26,992 nucleotides of DNA from Octopus sinensis (lineage: Eukaryota), in contig NW_021834030.1 in assembly GCF_006345805.1 (NCBI RefSeq), positions 1 through 26,992 on the forward strand. Reading direction: 5' to 3'. Below the pieces are notes generated by a model. The model ran no database searches. It was not told where the DNA came from and saw only the letters and a list, made by a program, of their open reading frames with translations. A program made the translations under genes and the position numbers. Position 1 is the first letter of the stretch, and each line of letters opens with the position of its first letter. This document shows positions 1-9,725 of the stretch, piece after piece.

Positions 1-44
1 AAAGGTTTGTGAGTCGGACGGGGGCATACTTTCTATTCACGTAT

Positions 45-130
45 GCGTACTGGGGTCGATGTAATTGACTTATCACCAACTCCTCAAAATTTCAGGCCTT
101 GTGCCTATAGTAGAAAGGATCATTATTATT
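45..130 (+). mobile_element. 3' fragment of SINE family A (terminal tail Y)
   Basis: TACTGGGGTCGATGTAAT..AAAATTTCAGGCCTTGTGCCTATAGTAGAAAGG followed by ATT repeats matches the 3' ends of other family A copies in the window. Confidence 0.6.
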
Positions 131-189
131 AATAACTTTCTTCCTTGATTTCTCTCAACAGACATCGACCGGTGAAAAGCACATGGAAG

Positions 190-205
190 CATCATCATCA
201 TCATC

Positions 206-239
<34 letters not shown>

Positions 240-348
240 CCATCACCTATACCATCACCATCATCATCATCATCACCACCACCACCACCACCACCACCAC
301 CACCATCACCATCATCATCATCATCATCGTCATCATCATCATTATCAT
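190..348. repeat. (CAT)n/(CAC)n compound microsatellite
   Basis: Read directly; source of the poly-His and poly-Ser/Pro ORFs. Confidence 0.95.
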
Positions 349-672
349 TTCATTTTCTTACTTCATGTTTTCTCCTTCACTCCTTTCATCGGTTCTTCTT
401 CTGCCCCCCCCAACTCCTCCACATTTTTCATCACTCGAATATTTCCTTCAAACTTCTATAATTCCTTCAACTTCGTCTGCTATTCAACATGTCATCGCCA
501 TTGTTCTTTTTATGAATCTCTCTTTGTCGTAATATCCGCTTCCGCTCTTAGACTCTTTTATAGACTTGATATATCGCCATAAAACTATATCGTCTCCCAG
601 CCATCCGATTTTTCTATAATTGCTCTCTCTCGCTTTCTACCTACCAATATCTATCAATCTTTCTACCTGAAC

Positions 673-862
673 ATGCATACATACATACATACATACATAC
701 ATACATACATACATACACACATACATATGTTAGTAACATCCTCATAAAGGATTTCATAACATTTGGCTTTAAAAATAATTTTTTTAAAATCACCTGTACA
801 CTTCAAAGACTGTTTTAAGTAATCCTCATAGACTTTCAAATATACATACATACATACATACA

Positions 863-960
<98 letters not shown>
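673..960. repeat. (TACA)n and (TA)n microsatellites (673-728, 841-960)
   Basis: Read directly. Confidence 0.9.
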
Positions 961-961
<1 letters not shown>

Positions 962-1177
962 CGAGGGTTGCTAAAGAGTTTCCGGCTTTAATGGTATCAC
1001 GAACGGCCAAGTTGGAGGCCCTGTCTTCCAAGTCTTTTCCAGGGCTTACAAAAACCGAAGGACTGCTGGATGCTGCTGCAATAAGTGTGTGAACCCGACA
1101 AGAGAATAGTGCATAAATCGTAATTAACTGACCCTTCCCTATTCTCTTTTAACCAAAGCCAGGGACTTCCCACCGTA
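960..1177 (+). mobile_element. Degenerate non-autonomous mariner-like element (MITE)
   Basis: Begins TACGAGGG..TTTCCGGCTTT next to a (TA)n run and ends AAAGCCAGGGACTT..CGTA (imperfect TIRs). Internal CNKCVNPTRE* resembles the mariner transposase C-terminus (W.KC....G.Y.E*). Confidence 0.45.
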
Positions 1178-1457
1178 TGTTACGTTTACGCAAGATGTTA
1201 AGGATTTGTTTTGTGGAAGTGATTTCTGTCTCATATATAATCGTCTCACCCTTTTCTGTACAGTTTGTCTTGGTTAATTTATTTGGCTTACATAACATTA
1301 AAAGTACAGCTGTTGTTCAATTTAAGATCGGTTCTATTGGATAGTTTTCTGTAGAGAAGTTTAATTGGGAAATGTATATCTATTAAGGTGACGAGGCCTT
1401 TAACAATATTAGACTTAAAGTTTAAGGAAAAGTTAATATCTGGTGTGAACCAAATTA

Positions 1458-1862
1458 TATTCTTTTTTACTTTAGGCACAAAGCCCGAAATTTTTTGGGG
1501 AAGGGGCCAGTCGATTAGATCGACCCCACTACGCAAATGGTACTTAATTTATCGACCCCGAAACGATGAAACGCAAAGTCGACCTCGGCGAAGTTTGAAC
1601 TCAGAACCTAACGGCAGACAAAATACCTATTTCTTTACTACCCACAAGGGGCTAAACACAGAAGGGGGACAAGCAAGGACAGACAATCGGATTAAGTCGA
1701 TTATATCGACCCCAGTGCGTAACTGGTACTTAATTTATCGACCCCGAACGGATGAAAGGTAAAGTCGACCTCGGCGGGATTTGAACTCAGAACCTAACGG
1801 CAGACGAAATACCGCTGCGCATTTCGCCTGGCGTGCTAACGTTTCTGCCAGCTCACCGCCTT
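1458..1862 (-). mobile_element. SINE family A: tRNA-like head, unit with tail X, second unit with tail Y
   Basis: Head with A box (TGGCAGAAAC) and B box (GAGTTCAAAT); internal junction AAAGAAATAG|GTATTT at 1627/1626. Confidence 0.85.
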
Positions 1863-2484
1863 GAGAACCAGATTATATTGCAGTTCTTCTGACTGCTACT
1901 GCAAGGTGGCTGTTAAGTGGTATCTTTACGTGATCTTATCTTTGAACCCACATCATTTTACTGTTCCATACAAGTTTAAAGAGTTTTCTACTAACATTAT
2001 TAATCAGTCTTTTTTGAAGCTATGACTGGATGCACGGATGGACGACGGACGGACGCACGAATGGATTGATAAATGAATGAATGAATTACAATTACGCTAT
2101 TTAGCGAACGCGAATTCGTTTGAATATCTCCCTGGAAGACGCAAAAGCTTTTATCTTTACGGCTTTCTAATGGGCAGAAAGATCGTTAGCTTTAACCGTA
2201 AACACAAATCCATGGGGCCACCCGCTTTTGCATCTTCAGATGTATTGATAAGCGAAATCGCACACGTTAAAGCCTACTCGCGGGTTCTAATGGCTAAAAG
2301 AGGGGATATTGTCGATACTTTGGTAGATATTTTCCATGGTAAATGTAAAGCTTTTGCGCAGGGTACCTTAAATCCTTAAAAATGTTTTAGCCCGAAGGCT
2401 GTGGCCATGCTGGGGCACCACCGCTGAACTATTAGATTTGTACCGTCGAACTATTAGATTTGTTTGTTTTTGTTTATCCTTTTA

Positions 2485-2756
2485 TTCTTTTATGTGCTTC
2501 AGTCATTTGACTGTGGCCATGCTGGAGCACCACCGTAAAGAGTTTTAGTTTAAGAAATCGACCCCGGGACTTATTCTTTGTAAGCCTAGTGCTTATTCTA
2601 TCGGTCTACGGGGACGTAAACATACCAACATCGGTTGTCATGCGAGTGTGGGGTAATAAACAGAGACACAAAGGCATACACACACATAAATATATATACA
2701 TATATACATATACGACGGACTTCTTTCAGTTTCCGTCTACTAAATTCACTCACAGG
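2485..2756 (-). mobile_element. SINE family D, 3' two-thirds
   Basis: Homologous to 15340-15496 and 26551-26930; carries the internal TA/CA microsatellite. Confidence 0.75.
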
Positions 2757-2842
2757 GTAACGGACGGAGTACCAGCTGAAAGTTGGATGGACTGGATCGT
2801 TCGAGAGCTAATTACTTGGGTCACCATCATCGTTGTCGATGC

Positions 2843-3220
2843 GGTACTCCGTCGGTTGCGACGACGAGAGTTCCAGCTGATCCGATCAACGGAACAGCTT
2901 GCTCGTGAAATTAACGTGCCAGTGGCTGAGTACTCCAACGACACGTGTACCCTTAACGTAGTTCTCGGGGAGATTCAGCGTGATACAGAGTGTGACAAGG
3001 CTGGCCCCTTTGAAATACAGGTACAACAGAAACAGGAAGAGTGAGAGGAATTTGTGGTGAAAGAGTACAGCAAGGTTCGCCACAACCCCCTGCCGGAGCC
3101 TCGTGGAACTTTGTAGTTGTTTTCGCTCAATAAACACTGAAAACGCCCGGTCTGGGAATCGAAACCGCGATCCTACGACCGCGAGTTCGCTGCTCTAACC
3201 ACTGGGCCATTGAGCCTCCA
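2843..3220 (-). mobile_element. Full-length SINE family B (tRNA-Arg-like head; possibly Octopus OR1-type)
   Basis: Head with A box TGGCCCAGTGG and B box GGTTTCGATTCC; 3' tail shared with family C. Name assignment is from memory only. Confidence 0.85.
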
Positions 3221-4050
3221 CACTTTGGTCATAGATAGATGCAACGTGGCACAGCTACTGGTGGACGCAATTAGAACCGTCGATCTTGTGATCGACAGTC
3301 CAGCGTTCCATCCTACCTATTCGACAAGAATTATGCTGAAAACCACAAAAACACATAAAAGAATGATATGGTGATTTAACGAATGAAAAATATTTTATTA
3401 TATAAATATTACTAAAAAAAAAAAAAAGGAAAAAGAAAACAGCGCCATCTATTGGTTCAGCATAGTCACTATAAAAATATATTTTTATTAGAAATTTGTT
3501 TTAAACATGAGTAGAGGCTAAGAGAAAAGCTTCTCCTTCTGTATTAATCTGCTACGATTATAAAATATCATGGTCCTTATATAAATCTTATCAATTCTAA
3601 AATATAAAAATTATTTTATTAGTGACTTCCGAACAGTAAGTCTTCTTTTGTAAAATTTTATTCAGAAACTGGTCACCTTCTTAACTTCACCATTGTTCTT
3701 CGAGTCCTCTTTAAGAACAAAATATTCCAAGTAAATAAACCTGAATAAAGGAAATAAAAGTGAACTTGTCAAATATTTTATAATAAAATTACTGCGCCGT
3801 CTTTTTTTTTTATTATTATTTTCGTTTGTTTCGTTTTTTTTTATCTCTTTTTGTTTTTATAGTTTTATTTTATGAGTTAAGTCTTAAATTCTCGAATCTT
3901 GACTCAAACAAAATATTATTGCGTTATGGCGACCTTTTCTGTTTTGTTGATGCTTGCGGTGAAATAGGATTTAGAGAAATTATTGCCGACCGTGATAAAA
4001 AGAAATCGGTATCAACCAGAGAACAACAGCAACAATAATAATCTTAGCCA

Positions 4051-4465
4051 AGGCGGTGAGCTGGCAGAATCGTTAGCACGCCGGGCGAAATGCGTAGGCG
4101 TATTTCGTTTGCCGCTACGTTCTGAGTTCAAATTCCGCCGAGGTCGACTTTGCTTTTCATCCTTTCGGGGTCGATAAATTAAGTACCAGTTACGCACTGG
4201 GGTCGATGTAATCGACTTAATACCTATGTCTGTCCTTGTTTGTCCCCTCTGTGTCTAGCCCCTTGTGGGTAGTAAAGAAATAGGTATTTCGTCTACCGCT
4301 ACGTTCTGAGTTCAAATTCCACCGAGTTCGACTTTGCCTTTCATCCTTTCGGGGTCGATTAAATAAGTACCGGTTACGCACTGGGGTCGATATAATCGAC
4401 TTAATCCGTTTGCCTGTCCTTGTTTGTCCCCTCTATGTTTAGCACCGTGTGGGCAATAAAGAAAT
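4051..4465 (+). mobile_element. Dimeric SINE family A (two ~184-bp units, both with tail X), with probable TSD
   Basis: Units start at 4100 and 4284; flanks AATAATAATCTTAGCCA (4034-4050) and AATAATAATCTTTTCCA (4466-4482) match 15/17. Confidence 0.9.
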
Positions 4466-4466
4466 A

Positions 4467-4667
4467 ATAATAATCTTTTCCATAATAGGCACAAGGTCTG
4501 AAATTTTTGTGTCGACGGGGCTATCGACCCCATTGCTCAACTGGTATTTGATTTATCCAGCCCGAAATGATGAGAGGTAAAGAAGACTTAGGTAGAATTT
4601 GAACTTAGAACGTAAAGGCAAACGAAATACAACTAAGCATTTTGTCCGTTGTGCTAATGATTCTGAT
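4467..4667 (-). mobile_element. Older degenerate SINE family A copy (tail Y)
   Basis: Diverged match across head, body and tail Y. Confidence 0.65.
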
Positions 4668-4815
4668 AACAATAATGATGGTTTCTTTATTGACCACAAG
4701 GGCGGAACACAAAACAAGTAGGGACAAGACATGGGGAAAGTGAGGTTTGGAACAACGTCGAGTATAAAACGAATAACAATAACAATTAACAATACAATTA
4801 AACAATAAAAAATTT

Positions 4816-4990
4816 AGTTCTCTATTTAAGAGATGAGGAATTATGTACATTATTTACATTTGACGGATATTTGTCCTCATCGTGTTTGTTGTTAACACAA
4901 CATTTCGGCTGATATAACCTCTAGCCTTCATCAGGTGTCTTGGGGAAATTTCGAACCTGGGTTCTAATCCTTAAGATATTTTTCAATGTT
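4816..4990 (-). mobile_element. SINE family E, 3' part without visible tRNA head
   Basis: High identity to 5421-5562 and 10320-10495. Confidence 0.8.
4894..4939 (-). ncRNA. Minimal Type I hammerhead motif, degenerate (stem III ACGT changed to ATGT)
   Basis: Minus strand reads GACAC-CTGATGA-AGGCTAG-AGGTTATA-TCAGCC-GAAA-TGTT-GTGTT. Confidence 0.55.
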
Positions 4991-5045
4991 GTTGTTGTTG
5001 CTGTCATCATCATCATCAATCATCATCATCATCATCATTAATATC

Positions 5046-5120
5046 AAGACACTTGCCCAAGGTGCCATGCGGCGGGATTGAACTCGGAACCGTGGGGCTC
5101 GGAACTCGGAACCTGTGGTC
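5046..5120 (-). mobile_element. SINE family D head fragment
   Basis: AAGACACTTGCCCAAGGTGCCA..GGGATTGAACTCGGAACC matches 21902-21947. Confidence 0.5.
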
Positions 5121-5508
5121 ACATTATATAATTTAACCTTAGATATATTACGACAGAGAAAAGGACGTGGTAGTCACAGTCAATCAAGACTGAGCCGGTC
5201 TGTAAAATTTCCTTCAGCAGTTATATGAGCCAACGATGGAGATTTTAATCGGTCGCTGGACCTACTAGCTAGAAAAAGGAGCTACATTTCCCTCAATTCC
5301 CGTAATCTGTCATTTTAAAGAAGAATAAAAAGGACAGACTGGACAGTGTAATCGTGGTGCTGGATCTCCGTCGTGCCATCACGGTTGTCCGATCAACTGA
5401 ATTACTCTACCCTGATAACACAGTTCTATATTTAAGAGATGAGGAATTATTTACATTATTTACATTATTTACATTTGACGGATATTTGTCCTCATCTTGT
5501 TTGTTGTT

Positions 5509-5554
5509 AACACAACGTTTCGGCTGATATACCCTCCAGCCTTCATCAGGTGTC
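5509..5554 (-). ncRNA. Minimal Type I hammerhead ribozyme motif, core intact
   Basis: GACAC-CTGATGA-A-GGCTGG-AGGGTATA-TCAGCC-GAAA-CGTT-GTGTT. Stem I is GACAC/GTGTT, stem II is GGCTGG/TCAGCC, stem III is the palindrome ACGT, and the cleavage triplet is GUU. Confidence 0.8.
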
Positions 5555-5564
5555 TTGGGGAATA

Positions 5565-5619
5565 TGGTGTAGTGGTTAAGAGCGCGGGCTACGAACCCCA
5601 AGCTTCCGAGTTCAATTCC
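5565..5619 (+). promoter_or_regulatory. Internal RNA Pol III type 2 promoter (A and B boxes) of family E
   Basis: TGGTGTAGTGG and GAGTTCAATTCC with tRNA-like spacing; no TTTT run in the sense strand of this copy. Confidence 0.7.
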
Positions 5620-5654
5620 AGGCAGTGACCTGAATAATAATAATAATAATAATA

Positions 5655-5689
<35 letters not shown>

Positions 5690-5735
5690 TGGAAAAAACC
5701 TTAGTAATGAGAACCCACGTTCGAAATTTCCCCAA

Positions 5736-5781
5736 GACACATGATGAAGGCTGAAGGGTATATCAGCTGAAACGTTGTGTT
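5736..5781 (+). ncRNA. Hammerhead motif with core mutation (CUGAUGA changed to AUGAUGA)
   Basis: GACAC-ATGATGA-AGGCTGA-AGGGTATA-TCAGCT-GAAA-CGTT-GTGTT. Confidence 0.5.
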
Positions 5782-5984
5782 AACAACAAACAAGATGAGG
5801 ACAAATATCCGTCAAATGTAAATAATGTAAATAATGTACTTTATCCTGATTTACCGGACACCTAGCAGGTGTATCCTTCATGTAATTCTCGGGAATCGAT
5901 CAACTTTGACACACTGTGTCTCTTGAATTACAGGTATAAACTGCTTGAGGAATCTTCTACGCATTTTCCGTTTACCCAGTATCG

Positions 5985-6112
5985 TTCACGGGATATGGGT
6001 CGACCCAGAGCTATAAAAAATTGTATTAACACAAAACGCCAAACAGAGGACTCGAACACGAGACTACGTGACTGTGAAGCGAACTTCTTAACCAATTGGC
6101 CACACTGAGCTT
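5985..6112 (-). mobile_element. Diverged family D-like SINE head
   Basis: Minus strand has GTGGCCAATTGGTTAAGAAG..GTTCGAGTCC..TATAGCTCTGGGTCGACC, similar to family D heads. Confidence 0.45.
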
Positions 6113-6316
6113 ACACAATGCAATACACCCCACCCCACCCCCACACATACACACACAATACACAATACAATACACCCCACCCCACCCCCACACATACACA
6201 CACAAAAAAGGGGAAAAGGGGCGGCATAGTTACGGCAGGACCACATTTTTGATCATAGGTATATTCGACCAGAACTGCCATGGCACTAAACAACAACACT
6301 AACTACAACAACAACC

Positions 6317-6620
6317 GGCACTTCGTCGGTTACTACGAGGAGTGTTCTAGTTGGTCCGGTCAACGGAATAGCTTGCACATGAAATTAACGTACAAGTGGC
6401 TGAGTACCCCACAGACATTCGTATCTTTAACGTGGTTCTCAGGAAGATTCAGCGTGACACAGAACGTAACATTGAATTACAGGTTCTGCTCGTTTCTTTA
6501 TGAACTGGAGCAACGTGGAACAAAATGTTTTGCTCAAGGACTCAATACGCTGGTGGGTATCGACCTCACGATCGAAAGAGTGTGAGCTGAATACCCTAAC
6601 CACTATGCCATGCGCATTCA
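6317..6620 (-). mobile_element. SINE family C copy 1 (older)
   Basis: tRNA-like head, CORE-like segment (TCCTTGAGCAA.ACA.TTT) and tail shared with family B. Confidence 0.75.
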
Positions 6621-6633
6621 CACAACACTAGGA

Positions 6634-6956
6634 GCACTCCGTCGGTTACGACGACGAGGGACCCAGCTGGTACGATCAACGCAACAGTTTGCTTGTGAAA
6701 TTAACGAGCAAAGTGGCTGAGCACTCCACAGATACGTGTACCCTTAATGTAGTTCTCGGGGAGATTCAGCGTGACACAGAATGTGACAAGGCTGACCCTT
6801 TGAAATACAGGTACTACTCATTTTTGCCAGCTGAGTGGACTGGAGCAACATGAAATAAAGTGTCTTGCTCAAGGACCCAACGCACCGCCGGGAATTGAAC
6901 TCACGACCTTACAATCGGGAGCTGAATGCCCCTAACCACTAAGCCACACGCCTTCA
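6634..6956 (-). mobile_element. SINE family C copy 2, full length with ~13-bp TSD (possibly OR2-type CORE-SINE)
   Basis: Flanks CACAACACTAGGA (6621-6633) and CACAACAACTAGGA (6957-6970); A and B boxes; CORE-like GGTCCTTGAGCAAGACACTTTATTTC. Confidence 0.85.
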
Positions 6957-6970
6957 CACAACAACTAGGA

Positions 6971-7280
6971 ACACTCCGTCGGTTGCGACGACGAGGGACT
7001 CAGCTGATACGATCAACGGAACAGCTTGCTCGTGAAATCAACGTGCAAGTGGCTGAGCATTCCACAGACGCATATACCTCAGGGAGATCCAGCGTGATAC
7101 AGAGTGTGACAAGGCTGACCCCTTTCAATTACAGGTACACCTCATTTTTGCCAGCTGAATGGACTGGAGCAACGCGAAATAAAGTGTCTTGCTCAAGGGC
7201 CCAACGCGCCGCCGGGAATTGAACTCACGACTTTACGATCATGAGCTAAATACCCTAACCACTAAGCCATGCACCTTCAC
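6971..7280 (-). mobile_element. SINE family C copy 3
   Basis: High similarity to 6634-6956, with a short internal deletion. Confidence 0.85.
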
Positions 7281-7703
7281 GCACAACGTCTACGGCAGCA
7301 TCGACGACTACAACGTCAGACCGTACTATTTCGCTGCTAGTCGGTCGGTCGGTTATAGCATCGTCAGGCTGACAAAGAAGTGTGTTGCTTTCAGCAACAA
7401 CCGTAAATAGCAACGGACAGCGAAGGAGATGCAATGCAGCCCAGTAGACGGAAATATTTATAAAATTGTACATTTATCTGTTACCTGCGCAAGAAATATT
7501 TTTAGCCGTGTATTGATTTTAATTTTTAATTAGTTTTTTTACTTTTATTTTCTTTCAATTTTTTCTTTCTTTTACTTTTTGTATGTCTATTTTCTTAGAG
7601 AGAAAGTTATGGTACTTACGAAGAAGATTAAGTAACGATTTTACGTAAGAATTTGGCAAACTGATTTTTCTTTTTATGAATACGCAATACATGCTAACAA
7701 AAT

Positions 7704-8093
7704 GCTGCAGAATCGATAGGGCATCGGGCAAAATGCCTTGTGGTATTTCTTCCGTCTTTTTATTTTACGTTCTGAGTTCAAATCCTGTCGAAGTCGACTC
7801 TCCTTTTCATTCTTTCGGGGTCGATAAATTAAGTACCAGTTACGCACTGGGGTCGATGTAATCGACTTAATCCGTTTGTCTGTCCTTGTTTGTCCCCTCT
7901 GTGTGTAGCCCTTTGTGGGTAGTAAAGAAATAGGTATTTCTTCCGTCGTTTTATTTTACGTTCTGAGTTCAAATCCTGTCGAAGTCGACTTTCCTTTTCA
8001 TTCTTTCGGGGTCGATAAAATAAAGTGCCAGTCGGTTCTGAGGTTGATGATGTCAATTAACCTCCTATCCTCGACAATTTATGGGCCTACGCC
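7704..8093 (+). mobile_element. Old family A copy containing a young 105-bp tail-X insert flanked by an 86-bp direct repeat
   Basis: 7743-7828 and 7934-8019 match 84/86; insert at 7829-7933 is close to 14866-14968. Confidence 0.85.
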
Positions 8094-8303
8094 AAGGCGG
8101 GGAGCTGACAGGATCGTCATCGCGCCGGAAAAATATTTAGCGGCATTCCGTCCGCTTTTGCGTTCCGAGTTCGAATTCCGCCGAAGTCACTTCGCCTTTC
8201 AACCTTTCGGTGTCGATAAAATAAGTACCAGTTTAGTACTAGGGTCGGTTTAATCAACTTACCTCTACCCCAAACCTGCTGGCCTTGTGCCAAAATTCGA
8301 AAT
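8094..8303 (+). mobile_element. Monomeric SINE family A (tail Y)
   Basis: AAGGCGGGGAGCTGACAG head, GAGTTCGAATTCC B box, body and tail Y. Confidence 0.75.
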
Positions 8304-8315
8304 CATTATTATTAT

Positions 8316-8844
8316 TGAATGAGAGAGCAGTGTACGCCATCAAAGTGACACTGGGGTAAAATATACGAAGCCCAGTACACCCATCATGACTATCCGTCTG
8401 ATAAGGGTATACTATATACAAGCATTACAAACATATGTGCACGACATGATGATCTCATATAAAGATAAACAGCGCATGACCTTGCATGTGGGGCCCAGCT
8501 AGAAATTCCTTCAGGTCAAGTAGCCTATCCCACTCAAATGGTCCTTGAATAAGGATGTTGAACGAAACACCCATTTTTCCAGAGGTGTATTATTCAAACC
8601 CCAAAGAATTCCTCTCAACACGTGGCTATGACGCTCTCCCACTATTTCTCCTCATGATCAGAGATGCGCATATCGTTGGCTATCAAGGGACATGCTCAAC
8701 TGGTTATGGTCAAACAAATGACATGCAAATCTGTGGTATTGAGCAGAATATTTGCTGCAGCCCATCTTTTATACCAAGACAAAACACGTACATGATAACA
8801 CTTCCAATCAGTTAAGACCAGAAGCCACGAGAGCCAGTGCCTGC
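8316..8844. repeat. Unclassified ~530-bp interspersed repeat (family F), copy 1, bounded by (ATT)n
   Basis: Colinear, highly similar direct repeat of 8859-9319. Confidence 0.8.
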
Positions 8845-8858
8845 ATTATTATTATTAT

Positions 8859-9316
8859 TGAGTGAGCGAGCAGTGCATGCCACCAAAGTGACACTGGGGT
8901 AAAATATACGAAGCCCAGCATACCCATCATGACTACCCGTCTGATAAAGGTACACCAGGCACATGCATCACAACCATATGTGCGCGACATGGTGATCTCA
9001 TATCAAGATAAACAGCACATGACCTTGCAGGTGGGGCCCAGTTAGAATTTTCTTCAGGTCGAGTAGCCCATCCTGCTCAAAAGGTCCCTGAATAAGGGTT
9101 GCTTTAGGATGTTGAACGAAACACCTATGTTTCCAGAGGCGAATTATTCAAACTCCAAAGAATCCCTCTCAACACATGGCTATGATGCTCCCCCACTATT
9201 TCTGCTCGCGATCAGAGATGCACGTATCGTCAGCCACTAAGGAACATGCTCAACTGGTTAAGGTCAAACAACTGACAAGCAAATCTGTGGTACTGAGCAG
9301 AATATTTGCTGTAGCC

Positions 9317-9319
<3 letters not shown>
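8859..9319. repeat. Family F copy 2, truncated, bounded by (ATT)n
   Basis: Direct repeat of 8316-8765. Confidence 0.8.
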
Positions 9320-9381
<62 letters not shown>

Positions 9382-9385
<4 letters not shown>

Positions 9386-9681
9386 TAGTTTTATTTTTTA
9401 TAGTGTGCTTTCACTTCACTACCGAGCGCAGCTCTGTGTGCCTTGGGTATGTGCTGTGATATGTTGTGATGCTCTGATGGTTATTGTATGGAAAGTGTTC
9501 TGCGTAGGATGTGTGCAGTGCCTAGTAGTGCAATTTTCTGTATGTTATATGTGTTTGTAAGTCCTGGTGTTTTTGTTATGTATTTGTCTGAATATTTTTT
9601 TATCATGCCTAATGCACCTACTATGATAGGAATTGTTTCTGTTTTTAGATTCCACATTCTGGGTACCTCTATTTCCAGGTC

Positions 9682-9683
<2 letters not shown>
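9382..9683 (-). mobile_element. 5'-truncated RLE-type non-LTR retrotransposon (R4/Dong-like) inside (TAA)n
   Basis: 9681 to 9481 is an intact frame: DLEIEVPRMWNLKTETIPIIVGALGMIKK..IQKIALLGTAHILRRTLSIQ*, a typical RLE C-terminus. TTA repeats lie on both sides. Confidence 0.85.
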
Positions 9684-9718
<35 letters not shown>

Positions 9719-9725
9719 CATTATT

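Larger units (their letters stand above)
5421..5839 (+). mobile_element. SINE family E: tRNA-like head, (TAA)n, hammerhead-bearing 3' region (about 5558-5839), preceded by an inverted copy of its own 3' end (5421-5562)
   Basis: A box at 5565-5575, B box at 5608-5619, TAA run at about 5633-5697; inverted arm read directly. Confidence 0.85.

Noticed and set aside
145-582. Poly-His and poly-Ser/Pro ORFs
   Set aside because: They are translations of a CAT/CAC microsatellite with no non-repetitive domain.
2077-2379. 100-aa plus-strand ORF
   Set aside because: It has no recognisable motif and starts in a GAAT repeat; ORFs of this length arise by chance.
5558-5630. Functional tRNA genes (also 11026-11100, 21547-21620 and other heads)
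   Set aside because: The acceptor stems do not close, and each head runs into a repeat body shared across copies, so these are SINE heads.
6121-6203. 47-bp-period duplication with G-runs on minus (G-quadruplex potential)
   Set aside because: It is a two-copy slippage product in CA-rich low-complexity DNA, and the matching period with the large minisatellite is coincidental because the sequences are unrelated.
9020-9095. HDV-like ribozyme in family F (CTAAC motif on minus), and similarly in 11220-11500
   Set aside because: I could not build P1, P3, L3, P1.1 and P4 in the required order by hand; only simple hairpins are evident.
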